Shown here piece by piece: positions 29,685-38,374 of a stretch of DNA of 64,000 bases. A program made the position numbers and the translations under genes. The stretch comes from Escherichia coli (GTDB taxonomy: Bacteria; Pseudomonadota; Gammaproteobacteria; Enterobacterales; Enterobacteriaceae). Each line of letters begins with the position of its first letter. Within the stretch, counting starts at the first letter, position 1. The notes under the pieces are model-generated. The model was not told the DNA's origin. It did not search any database and was given only the letters and a program-made list of their open reading frames with translations. The stretch lies in the NCBI RefSeq assembly GCF_024700885.2, contig NZ_CP117014.1. One strand, 5' to 3'.

Positions 29685-29730
29685 TTAAAGACACAAAAGC
29701 TCTGTTAAAACAGAGCTTTTGTGTCTTTAA
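29685..29730. promoter_or_regulatory. Perfect 20-bp inverted repeat with 6-nt spacer upstream of the three-gene operon
   Basis: TTAAAGACACAAAAGCTCTG-ttaaaa-CAGAGCTTTTGTGTCTTTAA; second IR ATATATAGTG-N17-CACTATATAT at 29631-29667. Confidence 0.5.
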
Positions 29731-29874
29731 CTTGATCATTTTCTCGCTGAAGTGTATGTCAGGCTTAGCTCATAATCAAGTTGCTTCCAAGCTAAAAATG
29801 AGCTATTTCACTGAAACACCAAGAGCGGGATGTTTCATTTATTTGCGTTGGGCCTGACGGTGTGCAGGTGAGTT

Positions 29875-30162
29875 TTAGCTCATCACACTATAACGACGGG
29901 GAACGGAATTCTCCATCAGGTCACGAATTACTCCCGCCTCATGTAGTTCCTCTGTTTCCCAGTATCTGTTTGTCACCAGATCGAGGCTGGCTATGACCTT
30001 GTGCCGGTCATTAGGCATAGCCAATTTTTCTGCTATAACCATCAGTGAAAACTCTTCATCCAGTAGGATTTGATACCAGACTTTTGACAGCTCCAACTCT
30101 CTAATGAGGGTGAAGCGCCGCTCAAGTGTGGCGGCAGAATAAGTGAAATCTATTTTTTTCAT
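29875..30162 (-). CDS. Hypothetical protein (95 aa)
   Basis: ORF downstream of antirepressor-like gene. Confidence 0.4.
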   Translation of the reverse strand: MKKIDFTYSAATLERRFTLIRELELSKVWYQILLDEEFSLMVIAEKLAMPNDRHKVIASLDLVTNRYWETEELHEAGVIRDLMENSVPRRYSVMS

Positions 30163-30221
30163 CGTGCGGATAATCCGATTATTTGGCAGTTAAATCCCCG
30201 GCGTCGCCGGGGATGCAGCAT

Positions 30222-31148
30222 TTAACTAACAATCCAGTCCATAGCAATAACATCCTCTGGAGCTAAATCAATAGCATGGATTTTCCCGTCACGGATGGTG
30301 CGCCAGTGCTTTCGTGATCCACCTTCGGGCCACACCCATATACCTTCAGGCCAGGAAGAACGACGACACACTGTTGCGTATCCAGTCCTGATCTTCTCTC
30401 TGACGGTATGTAGTGACAGATTATCCTTTGGGCTTTCAGGCACAGGATGGTGGATTGCCTGAAACATCCCCATCTTTGGATGATACCAGCGTTTATTGCG
30501 TGGTTCTGCCTCCGACATCACCTGCTTAAAGGCTTTCCGGAAGGGGGCCAGGGCCACAATGGAGCGTCGCGCAAGCAAACCCTCTGGAGTTAAAAACTCA
30601 TGCGTATCGGTGGGAATCCGGAAAGCGTTAACCAGGTTGCGACATTTGGCTTCAGTCAGGCCACATTTCGCCGCCAGCTGGCGGTAGCCAATGTAACCTT
30701 CCGGCATATTGCCTTTCTTGATTTGCTCGAGTGTTTCAGCGACCATCGATACTTGTGCTGATACCTCGGCTACCTGGGCATTTACGGCGTTGATCCGGCG
30801 TTCATGCTCAAGATGCATTTGCGCCATTTCAGCCAGAATTTCGGCTTTTGATTTTAACTGTACCCGGGCATTCTCCAGTTCGCGCCAGCGGTCCACCAGC
30901 CGGGCGGTGAATTCGGGAGAGAGCTGCGCGACGACGACAATACTATCGCGCTTGCCTTGCTCGCCTTCGAAGACGTAATAGCTCGCCGGGCGGCCTGCGG
31001 TGGGCTTTTCCTCAATTTGAGGAAAAGATATTACGCCCCGTTCCGCCAGGTGTTCAATGGTGCGTTTAACGTTATCAGGGCGCTTACCTACCAGTTCCGC
31101 GATCTCAATGCTGGTCATTGTCGCTTTTTGAGAGATGGACAGATTCAT
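30222..31148 (-). CDS. Rha-family phage regulatory protein / antirepressor-like
   Basis: N-terminal ...TSIEIAELVGKRPDNVKRTIEHL... resembles the Rha domain; 308 aa. Confidence 0.55.
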   Translation of the reverse strand: MNLSISQKATMTSIEIAELVGKRPDNVKRTIEHLAERGVISFPQIEEKPTAGRPASYYVFEGEQGKRDSIVVVAQLSPEFTARLVDRWRELENARVQLKSKAEILAEMAQMHLEHERRINAVNAQVAEVSAQVSMVAETLEQIKKGNMPEGYIGYRQLAAKCGLTEAKCRNLVNAFRIPTDTHEFLTPEGLLARRSIVALAPFRKAFKQVMSEAEPRNKRWYHPKMGMFQAIHHPVPESPKDNLSLHTVREKIRTGYATVCRRSSWPEGIWVWPEGGSRKHWRTIRDGKIHAIDLAPEDVIAMDWIVS

Positions 31149-31363
31149 CAGTGCGCCTCCACGCAGTTCATCGGCAGATTCCAGTAATTGAGGATCTCCA
31201 TCGCATCAAGAGTGAAGCGAGCAGCAAAAATGCAGGGTTCTTCGGGAAGGTATGAGCGCGCCTCTGCTTCGGTAGCAGCCATGACGCAGATATACAGGTG
31301 TTTTTGGCAGGAATAGAAACGCCAGATAAATTCAGAATGAGTTGGGGTAGGGATAGTAGCCAT
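31148..31363 (-). CDS. Small protein (71 aa) overlapping antirepressor start; Icd-position gene
   Basis: ATG with AAGGAGG RBS; stop overlaps antirepressor start. Confidence 0.4.
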   Translation of the reverse strand: MATIPTPTHSEFIWRFYSCQKHLYICVMAATEAEARSYLPEEPCIFAARFTLDAMEILNYWNLPMNCVEAH

Positions 31364-31548
31364 ATTGGCAGCCTCCTTTGACTAAGTTAAGGAGCTACCG
31401 CGTGAGGTTCCAATCTCAATGGCGGTAGCACTGACTGGGTTGGAACTACCGGCGTCAAAGGGAACCGGCCTGCCTTTCGGCAGCCCAGCCAGCACTACCA
31501 TTGATCTCTGAGCTAAACGCTACGTATGGCTGTGCGATGGCATGACAC

Positions 31549-31569
31549 AAAAAAGACGCTTTCGGCGTC
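31549..31569 (-). terminator. Rho-independent terminator (minus strand)
   Basis: GACGC-tttcg-GCGTC with A6 on plus = U6 on minus. Confidence 0.5.
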
Positions 31570-31674
31570 TGTGTCGCCTTTGACATTATCCGGGGTTCCA
31601 ATCCCGGCACCCGTTTTTCTAAGGTGCCGTAGAAATATACCCCACGATAATGCTAGGGCGCAACAGTCAGTATT

Positions 31675-31842
31675 TTATGCTTTGGCGGATTTCTTCCGGG
31701 CTTGCTTGCAGGCGTAGGCCATTGCTTTAACTTTCACTTCATCCAGCTTCCCGGTGATCACTTCTTTTCCGAGAGTGACAAACCAGTCATAGCAACCGCC
31801 AGTGATGTTCTGGATTTGAAAGTTGAGGTAGCGAACAGTCAT
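31675..31842 (-). CDS. Small basic protein (55 aa), below track cutoff
   Basis: ATG preceded by GGGGG; MTVRYLNFQIQNITGGCYDWF...KQARKKSAKA; followed by terminator. Confidence 0.3.
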   Translation of the reverse strand: MTVRYLNFQIQNITGGCYDWFVTLGKEVITGKLDEVKVKAMAYACKQARKKSAKA

Positions 31843-32173
31843 TTTGACACCCCCGACGCGAGTAAAGAATGCAGATTATCGCGTGAGTGGTGGACGACGA
31901 GTGATGGGAAAAGACTGTAGTTGTTCATAGTGTAGTGACTCCTTGCTTTCGGAGCCGCCATCGACTGTTCCACGGTCTGGTGGCGGCGCAATAAAGGCTG
32001 GAACACCGTGAGTCAACGGGGGCTTTTCAGCCACCTATATTGCACCGCCATAGGTATGACGGCGGCAATAATACGAAAAACTAAACAGTTTGTCTCAAAA
32101 AGTTGACCGGTGTGCCAATCGGTAGTGAATGTACATCGGAGAAATTTACAATTCAACTTAAAATGTTAGAAAA

Positions 32174-32752
32174 CTAATTTATCGATTCAATCGCCATCTG
32201 ATACAACGTCATTTCATCGGCATTGTGCCGTATGAAATCTGCTTTTCCGCCTATTTTTCCATCAGCATGAACAGGGACCAGCCAGGGATATTGTTCTCGG
32301 ACCTCGGCTGGCGCTGCGTACTGGTGGTGCCATTTACACAAAGGGAGGACATATTTATGCGCGTTCTCTGCCGTTCTCCCGAAGATATGGTGCAGGGATA
32401 CCACTGGGCTATGTTGCCCGTGAATATGGCAGGCAATGCAGGGGAGAGTACCTATAGCGGTCTGTATCCGGCGTTCATCGGCTGTGAGTGATCTGCCTTT
32501 CAGGCCGCGTGACGTGCGTGTTTTTTTGGGCGGAGCGGATACAGCTTTATCTTTTCTCCGCTGTTCATATTGCTTTGCTTTTTCATTTTTCTTTTGCCGA
32601 TATTCAGGCGATGCGGCCTTTTCTCTCGCTCGCTGCTGCTGGCGTTGAGCTTGTTGAAGGCGCTTTGCCCTTTGTTCCTCTCGCCAGGCCGGGTCAGCCA
32701 ATTTTTGCATGGCTTTTTGTCTCTGTTTCTCCCAATAACTCTGTTTCTGCAT
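32174..32752 (-). CDS. HNH-family endonuclease with long basic disordered N-terminus (P1 Ref-like)
   Basis: ~90 aa K/R/Q-rich N-terminus then CIACHIHG...LHHIF...PLCKWHHQ zinc/HNH motif; motif copies on both flanks. Confidence 0.5.
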   Translation of the reverse strand: MQKQSYWEKQRQKAMQKLADPAWREEQRAKRLQQAQRQQQRAREKAASPEYRQKKNEKAKQYEQRRKDKAVSAPPKKTRTSRGLKGRSLTADERRIQTAIGTLPCIACHIHGQHSPVVSLHHIFGRTAENAHKYVLPLCKWHHQYAAPAEVREQYPWLVPVHADGKIGGKADFIRHNADEMTLYQMAIESIN

Positions 32753-32811
32753 GATGGCAGTCTCTTACTTTTCAACGATTTTTCTATGATTGATCAAAAC
32801 GGTTAGATATT

Positions 32812-32829
32812 CAAAATTGATTTTCTAAC
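32812..32829. promoter_or_regulatory. Palindromic operator-like site GTTAGA-N16-TCTAAC upstream of the Ref-like gene
   Basis: GGTTAGATATTCAAAATTGATTTTCTAACACA read directly. Confidence 0.45.
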
Positions 32830-32869
32830 ACAAAACATTAATATCATCACTGATAAATGTTTGGAGGAC

Positions 32870-33025
32870 ATGATGCTTATAGCTTTAAGTGCGATCCACC
32901 AGCCATCTGTGAATGAGATTGGCCTGTTCTATGTGTTGTTTTTCGGGGCGTTGGCGCTACTTGAGCTTGGTATTGAGCTTTTCGCAGTGCTTATGTTTTG
33001 CGTCACGATTTTGGGGAAATTTTGA
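32870..33025 (+). CDS. Small hydrophobic protein (51 aa)
   Basis: GGAGG RBS; stop overlaps next gene start as TGATG; below track cutoff. Confidence 0.3.
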   Translation: MMLIALSAIHQPSVNEIGLFYVLFFGALALLELGIELFAVLMFCVTILGKF

Positions 33026-33636
33026 TGGTGAAACGTGTTTTGAAAATTTACATCGCGGGGCCGATGACTGGTTATCCAGATTACAACCGTGCTGCGTTTA
33101 ATGCGAAAGCGAGCGAGCTGATGGCTGAAGGGCATATCGTTCTGAATCCAGCTGTGTTACCTGGTGGCCTTTGTCAGAGTGAATACATGGATATTTGCCT
33201 GGCAATGGTGCGTTCTGCTGATGCGATCTACTTGCTCAATCGATGGGAGGAATCGATTGGTGCTCGTGCAGAGCACGCGCTGGCTGAAAAGCTGGGGCTG
33301 ACTGTAATTTATGAGTCACCAACCAACATTGAATGCCAGGTTGCTCCGCATATTTACCGGGAACTGGTCAATGCACTGCGTGATATCGCTGCTGTATATC
33401 ACGGCACAGAACAGCTTCGTGAGCGTTTAGCCCATACCATTTCCTATTACCTGTCTTTATCTCATGAGCACAAGCTCCGCCAGAAGGTAATGATCAAATT
33501 TATCATGAGGTTATCGAAATCCCTGGCAAACGCCGATCCAAAGAATCCATTACCGAAAGAGGCAATGAATTACCTGAAGTCCTGCAACGTTGTTTCTGAA
33601 GATGGCGTTCTTTTGGTTAGAAGGAGTTCTGCGTGA
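33025..33636 (+). CDS. DUF4406-like (nucleoside 2-deoxyribosyltransferase-like) protein with C-terminal extension
   Basis: N-terminal KIYIAGPMTGYPDYN...HIVLNP pattern. Confidence 0.45.
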   Translation: MVKRVLKIYIAGPMTGYPDYNRAAFNAKASELMAEGHIVLNPAVLPGGLCQSEYMDICLAMVRSADAIYLLNRWEESIGARAEHALAEKLGLTVIYESPTNIECQVAPHIYRELVNALRDIAAVYHGTEQLRERLAHTISYYLSLSHEHKLRQKVMIKFIMRLSKSLANADPKNPLPKEAMNYLKSCNVVSEDGVLLVRRSSA

Positions 33637-33950
33637 GCTGGCGGGGATGGGGAAGGGCAGAAATCATGATACTCCGCCAGTGCGCCGGAACTATGACGGT
33701 CGAGAGTATTGGGAAGCTGATCGGTCGTACCGGTGATGCCGTCAGGACTAAAGCGCGGGAGTTGGGGATCAGCATGATTCTGAAAGGAGACTTTCATCCG
33801 TCAGCCAAATTCCGGCAGAGCGATATAGAACTGGCGCGGCAGCTTCATCAGTGTGGTGTTCCCCGCCGTGAGATCGCGGAAAAACTCGAAATGCCCCTGG
33901 GCATGATTAATCAGTACGTTTATTTCGAAAGGAGAGTACATGAAGTCTGA
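33633..33950 (+). CDS. Small putative DNA-binding protein (105 aa)
   Basis: HTH-like segment SIGKLIGRTGDAVRTKARELG. Confidence 0.35.
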   Translation: MSWRGWGRAEIMILRQCAGTMTVESIGKLIGRTGDAVRTKARELGISMILKGDFHPSAKFRQSDIELARQLHQCGVPRREIAEKLEMPLGMINQYVYFERRVHEV

Positions 33951-34443
33951 AGGTTTAACGCCAGCACAACTGGCAGAGCGTAACGCTGAGTATGTAACGG
34001 AAATTTCCCGACTTGAGAAAGCGTGTGCTGCGCTGGCGGCGGAGAATGCGAGACTGAATGCGATATGTGAGGATCGCCGCACGTTCATTATGAATGGCGT
34101 GCAGCTTGGCTTTATCAAGGTGCCAACAGTGGAAATAGATCCAGCTCTCGAAACAATTCGTCTCGCCCTATCACCACAAAAAACCACTCCTGCGACCGAC
34201 ACTTTCCTGGATGAAGTGAAGACTGAAGCACGCAAGGAGGGCGCTTACTTTGTGGCGAACAGGATGCTGGCTGCTTGGGAAGCTGGTTTTATTGATGATA
34301 CTGCGAAGAACGCCGCGGATATTGCCCGGATGATTCTTACCTCTACTGAGTTTATGGCTAATGCGCGGGAAGGCGATTTTGACCGCTCATTCTCTGATGG
34401 CGTTCTCGAAGATATCGCCGAACAGCTTAGAAAAGGAAGGTAA
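33940..34443 (+). CDS. Ea22/Ead-like early-region protein
   Basis: Coiled-coil CAALAAENARLNAICEDRR and C-terminal ...TDTFLDEVKTEARKEG... shared with paralog at 37652. Confidence 0.45.
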   Translation: MKSEGLTPAQLAERNAEYVTEISRLEKACAALAAENARLNAICEDRRTFIMNGVQLGFIKVPTVEIDPALETIRLALSPQKTTPATDTFLDEVKTEARKEGAYFVANRMLAAWEAGFIDDTAKNAADIARMILTSTEFMANAREGDFDRSFSDGVLEDIAEQLRKGR

Positions 34444-34446
34444 ACA

Positions 34447-34695
34447 GTGAGTAATACCGCACGACTACAGCTTGGTTTTTCACCGCTATCAAAAACCATC
34501 GTGTTGGCAAAAATGCGTGACTTAGGGGATGGAACAAAACGTCGTGTTGGCAATGATCGCGGTCGTGATGTAACCAACGAGGCCGCTCAACTCCTCTGGC
34601 ATCTGGTCATGGCAGAAGGCGGTGAAATTAATTGGGAGCTGGATGATGGTTCTCGCATGGTATTGAAGGCAGAAAAGCAGGAACCACCACAGTGA
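34447..34695 (+). CDS. Small early-region protein (82 aa)
   Basis: Tightly packed ORF. Confidence 0.35.
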   Translation: MSNTARLQLGFSPLSKTIVLAKMRDLGDGTKRRVGNDRGRDVTNEAAQLLWHLVMAEGGEINWELDDGSRMVLKAEKQEPPQ

Positions 34696-34967
34696 ATATC
34701 GACACCACGATAACGCTCGATACGGCCCTAAATACCGGTCTGGCACTTCTTGGTTGGCTTTACATCATGTCCCGTACCTGGCGATGGCTGGGTTCCATTT
34801 TCCTAAAAGAGTGGAAAAAACGGCGCAAACAGGAACTACGCCAGAAGGCATTAGAAGCGTTCTATGACGCATTTGAACTTAGCCGCATTGAACCAGGCAC
34901 AACAGCCAGAATAGCGACAAAAGGCGACCTGATGATAGTGATGTTCAGACAGGAGAAAACCAAATGA
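34692..34967 (+). CDS. Small early-region protein (91 aa)
   Basis: 4-nt overlap with neighbours; N-terminal hydrophobic segment. Confidence 0.35.
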   Translation: MNIDTTITLDTALNTGLALLGWLYIMSRTWRWLGSIFLKEWKKRRKQELRQKALEAFYDAFELSRIEPGTTARIATKGDLMIVMFRQEKTK

Positions 34968-35188
34968 CAGAACAGACGATGACAAATCGCGAACTTGTTG
35001 ATGCCGCGATTGAACTTGCTGGCGATTTTTATTCCATGATGGGGTACACGCATCGCCCAGGCTTCAAATATTGGGAGTCTCCGCACCCGCAAGAGCAACG
35101 GGTATTTCAAATGGCCTGCCGCGCTTTTGAAGTTATTCGCGGTTCTGATGTGATGGACGCGGTTGCTGATTTGGAGGATGAAGAGTGA
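34964..35188 (+). CDS. Small early-region protein (74 aa)
   Basis: Translationally coupled ORF. Confidence 0.35.
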   Translation: MTEQTMTNRELVDAAIELAGDFYSMMGYTHRPGFKYWESPHPQEQRVFQMACRAFEVIRGSDVMDAVADLEDEE

Positions 35189-35496
35189 ACACAATTAAAG
35201 AAATGCCGGTAGAACGTGATGAATATGGCTGCTGGACACATCCGGAGTATGAGAAGTTTTGCGCAGGTCGTGAATATATTTCCACTGAGGAATTTGACGC
35301 CTGGATGAAGGAAAATAATCTTCAGTGGACTATTCGCAGTATGGATGAAGATGATTTTGATCTGGACGCAGCTGGTCCCGATATTGCCGCCTGGGAACCG
35401 GAGCGACCAGAGGGTGAAGGCTGGTTTGTTGGCTCTATTCATGACACTGAAGATGGTCCGGTTTGTATCTGGCTGCGTGAGAAGGTTGCCGCATGA
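35185..35496 (+). CDS. Small early-region protein (103 aa)
   Basis: Translationally coupled ORF. Confidence 0.35.
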   Translation: MNTIKEMPVERDEYGCWTHPEYEKFCAGREYISTEEFDAWMKENNLQWTIRSMDEDDFDLDAAGPDIAAWEPERPEGEGWFVGSIHDTEDGPVCIWLREKVAA

Positions 35497-35653
35497 CCCA
35501 GGCTCTGCATGAAGTGAATTTATATAGCCGTATTGATGGTTCTGGCTATAGAAACTAGACACGGGCGCGGTTTTTAGCGGAAATCTGACGCTAATGCAGG
35601 TGAAGGGAGGGCAGCTTAAAGTCTGATCAAATCATTTACGCACTCAAAATCAC

Positions 35654-35681
35654 GTTAGAACATTGATTTTAGTTTTCTAAC
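35654..35681. promoter_or_regulatory. Palindromic operator-like site GTTAGA-N16-TCTAAC
   Basis: CGTTAGAACATTGATTTTAGTTTTCTAACATA read directly, ~45 bp upstream of gene at 35725. Confidence 0.45.
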
Positions 35682-35724
35682 ATATTATTTTACCGATCGG
35701 AACAAAACAGAGTCGGTATGCATT

Positions 35725-36720
35725 ATGAGTGCAATAATCACCCCATATGTCGTAAATGAAACTGGTGTGGCTGTCTTTCCTGTAGATAAGCCCACCAGCA
35801 ATTACATCGGCGCAGGACGCCGTTTTCTTATATCCCCATTGCCGCGTGAACAGGCTGAAAACACCCCTGATGGTGTCGTTGACCTGAATTATTCACTGGT
35901 TGCCAACCAGTCACTGGCACCCTTTTTTCAAAGTGAGCGCGTATTTAACGCGTTAGGTGGTGAGGATTCTCTCGTTCACTGGGTTAGCACCAACATTCAC
36001 GATTGCCAGGTGCATGATAAGCGCGATTGCAGCCACCAGCTAACCACCCATTTCTATAACGGTTCTGCCGTTCGCCTGTGCTGGAAGCATGATGCGGAAT
36101 ACATGATGAAGGGATACGGCAAGCTGGAAGACCAACTGTCACTGAATCGCGCCAACTGGATTATGAACTGGGCTGCCAGCGAGTTAAAACTTCCGCCAGA
36201 TCGCGATCTGAGCATGGTTGAACTCACCTTTTGGGCCATTCGCCGGAATCTTAAAGACGAACTGCCTGATGAAGCTGGTCGCATTGCATTTTGTCAGCCA
36301 AAAACTGAAATCCCTACCGGCACTCTGAAAGAGTCGGATATTACTTGGGAGCATAGTACCCGCGAGCTGGTGGATATTTCCGCAGAGCAGATCGTCAATC
36401 TGTCCGTCGATGAAGATTCTGGCCTCCTATATATGCGCCGTCCAAAAACCTTACTCGGAAAAAGCCCGGCTTATCTCCGGTTTGTGGTGTCTCGCCCGTG
36501 TGTAGGCTGCGGCGGCAAGGTTAATCACCCATTCATGTACCGCGCCCGCTCGTTAAACGAACACGACCGCTGGACTGTTCCTCTTTGCGATGACTGCGCC
36601 AGAAGCGCAGAAAACGATGTCCGGGCATGGGAAAAAGCACATGGCATACGCCTTTACGTAGCCGCTAACCAGCTTTTCGACTTCGCCATTGAGCGCGGAG
36701 TGATCACGTTCAATAACTGA
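35725..36720 (+). CDS. Hypothetical protein with C-terminal Cys-cluster (331 aa)
   Basis: CVGCGG...CDDC near C-terminus. Confidence 0.4.
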   Translation: MSAIITPYVVNETGVAVFPVDKPTSNYIGAGRRFLISPLPREQAENTPDGVVDLNYSLVANQSLAPFFQSERVFNALGGEDSLVHWVSTNIHDCQVHDKRDCSHQLTTHFYNGSAVRLCWKHDAEYMMKGYGKLEDQLSLNRANWIMNWAASELKLPPDRDLSMVELTFWAIRRNLKDELPDEAGRIAFCQPKTEIPTGTLKESDITWEHSTRELVDISAEQIVNLSVDEDSGLLYMRRPKTLLGKSPAYLRFVVSRPCVGCGGKVNHPFMYRARSLNEHDRWTVPLCDDCARSAENDVRAWEKAHGIRLYVAANQLFDFAIERGVITFNN

Positions 36721-36733
36721 TGGGAGCAATGCA

Positions 36734-37027
36734 ATGAGTCAAGGTAATGGTGACGGAGCTGCAAAGTGCAGAATCTCCACTTGTTTGATTAATGACAAAA
36801 AAATAGAACCGTGCGCGGCGTTGGCACAATCTCTGGAGAAGGATGCTGAATACACGACGCGGAAAGGTCTGCTGAAATACAAAATCTATAACCATGAATT
36901 AATTCATTCACAAGACCTGATCATGCTGCGGTCTGGTGAATTTTCTAAATCGCCTATTCGAGTTTCATTTTGCCCATTCTGTGGTGAAAGTCTGAAAACG
37001 TGGGAAGCGGAGGCAACCAGTGAATAA
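36734..37027 (+). CDS. Small protein with C-terminal zinc-ribbon-like CPFCG (97 aa)
   Basis: ORF with Cys pairs. Confidence 0.35.
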   Translation: MSQGNGDGAAKCRISTCLINDKKIEPCAALAQSLEKDAEYTTRKGLLKYKIYNHELIHSQDLIMLRSGEFSKSPIRVSFCPFCGESLKTWEAEATSE

Positions 37028-37664
37028 CCGCTTTTACATGATGTGCTTGCGTGAAACTGTGGGTAATAACGCCTCATTCCATTGCCATAACGGCAATGGT
37101 TACAGTTCTGATATCGATCGCGCTCATATTTACACGCTGGAAGAAGCCCAAAAAGCCTGGAATTGTGGGCGAGATATCGATCAGCCTGTTTGTGCCGATA
37201 GTGTGGATGCAATGGCTGTGTGGCACGTTGATTGCCAGTACATCCCTACAGAAAGCCTGATTGAGTCAGATTGCACTGAGTATGTGGCCTACAAAAAAGG
37301 TAGCTGGAACGGCAACGATGTTTACTGGCTTCAACACGGTGGATTGCCAACAGATGACTTCAGTAAAGCGACCATCTTTAGCTTCGCCAACAAAAACGAA
37401 CCAGGAATAGTTTGGTTGCCATTTTCCATTGCTGATGCAGCAAAGCGCCGGACGTTCAATATCAATAACTTTAACCGCAGAACAATGGTTCAGGGCGCAG
37501 GTTTGGTCATGCCTGACTGGTTGAAAGAGCAGAACAGAAGAAAGAAGTCGCGAAGCGGGAAGGTGCGTTGGAATTGTCCGCATTGCGGAAAAATAACCTG
37601 GCAGTACAGCCCATATGATTTTGAAGGCTGTCGTGATTACAACTGTGAAGGATGGCGAGAATGA
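37020..37664 (+). CDS. Cys-rich hypothetical protein (214 aa)
   Basis: Multiple Cys/His pairs including CPHCG. Confidence 0.35.
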   Translation: MNNRFYMMCLRETVGNNASFHCHNGNGYSSDIDRAHIYTLEEAQKAWNCGRDIDQPVCADSVDAMAVWHVDCQYIPTESLIESDCTEYVAYKKGSWNGNDVYWLQHGGLPTDDFSKATIFSFANKNEPGIVWLPFSIADAAKRRTFNINNFNRRTMVQGAGLVMPDWLKEQNRRKKSRSGKVRWNCPHCGKITWQYSPYDFEGCRDYNCEGWRE

Positions 37665-38374
37665 CAATTGACTATCAGGTACTGCGTGAGGCGGCAGAAA
37701 AGGCAACACCAGACGAATGGGTCGCATTTATTTCGACGGATACTGGTACTTATGCGGTGCACACGCCCGGTGATGAACGATGTGAAGACGTTATCAAATG
37801 GACCGGCTTTGATGGACAGAAAAATGCAGAGAACAACGCTCGTTATGTTGCCGCGTTCAACCCAAAGGTTGCACTGGAGCTTCTTGGTGAAATTAAGCGC
37901 CTGGAGGACACAAATATTGATGCTATGTGTCGAATTGCAGAGCTTGAGACTAATCTCGCGGCGCTGGCGGCGGAGAATGAACTGGCTCGTAAGGCAGTTC
38001 AGGCATTCTGCGATGTTGTTGGCGACAACACCGAGGTTATCGCTGAGGAGGTTGGGCGAGATGGCGTTCTGGTTATTTTGGAGGCCATGAAGGCAACAGG
38101 AAATATGCCAGCCACCGATGCTTTTCTGGCTGAAATTCGTGCGGAAGCACGCAACGAGGGAGTTAACTATACCGCCAGCCGTCTTGCTGCTGCGTTCAAT
38201 CACGGATTTATCAATAAGTCTTTGCGTGAAGTTTTCGACGTTACACGCATGATTTTGTCAGCGAAAGAAGAGTTGGCTAATGAAGCGCATCCGATTGATG
38301 GCCTGTCTGGTGAATATGCGGAGAAATCCCTTGAAGAATGGGCGGAACAGATTCGCAAAGGAGCTGACAAGTGA
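37652..38374 (+). CDS. Ea22/Ead-like early-region protein
   Basis: N-terminal YQVLREAAEKAT and AAFNPKVALELL cassettes shared with 39309 paralog; coiled coil. Confidence 0.45.
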   Translation: MARMTIDYQVLREAAEKATPDEWVAFISTDTGTYAVHTPGDERCEDVIKWTGFDGQKNAENNARYVAAFNPKVALELLGEIKRLEDTNIDAMCRIAELETNLAALAAENELARKAVQAFCDVVGDNTEVIAEEVGRDGVLVILEAMKATGNMPATDAFLAEIRAEARNEGVNYTASRLAAAFNHGFINKSLREVFDVTRMILSAKEELANEAHPIDGLSGEYAEKSLEEWAEQIRKGADK

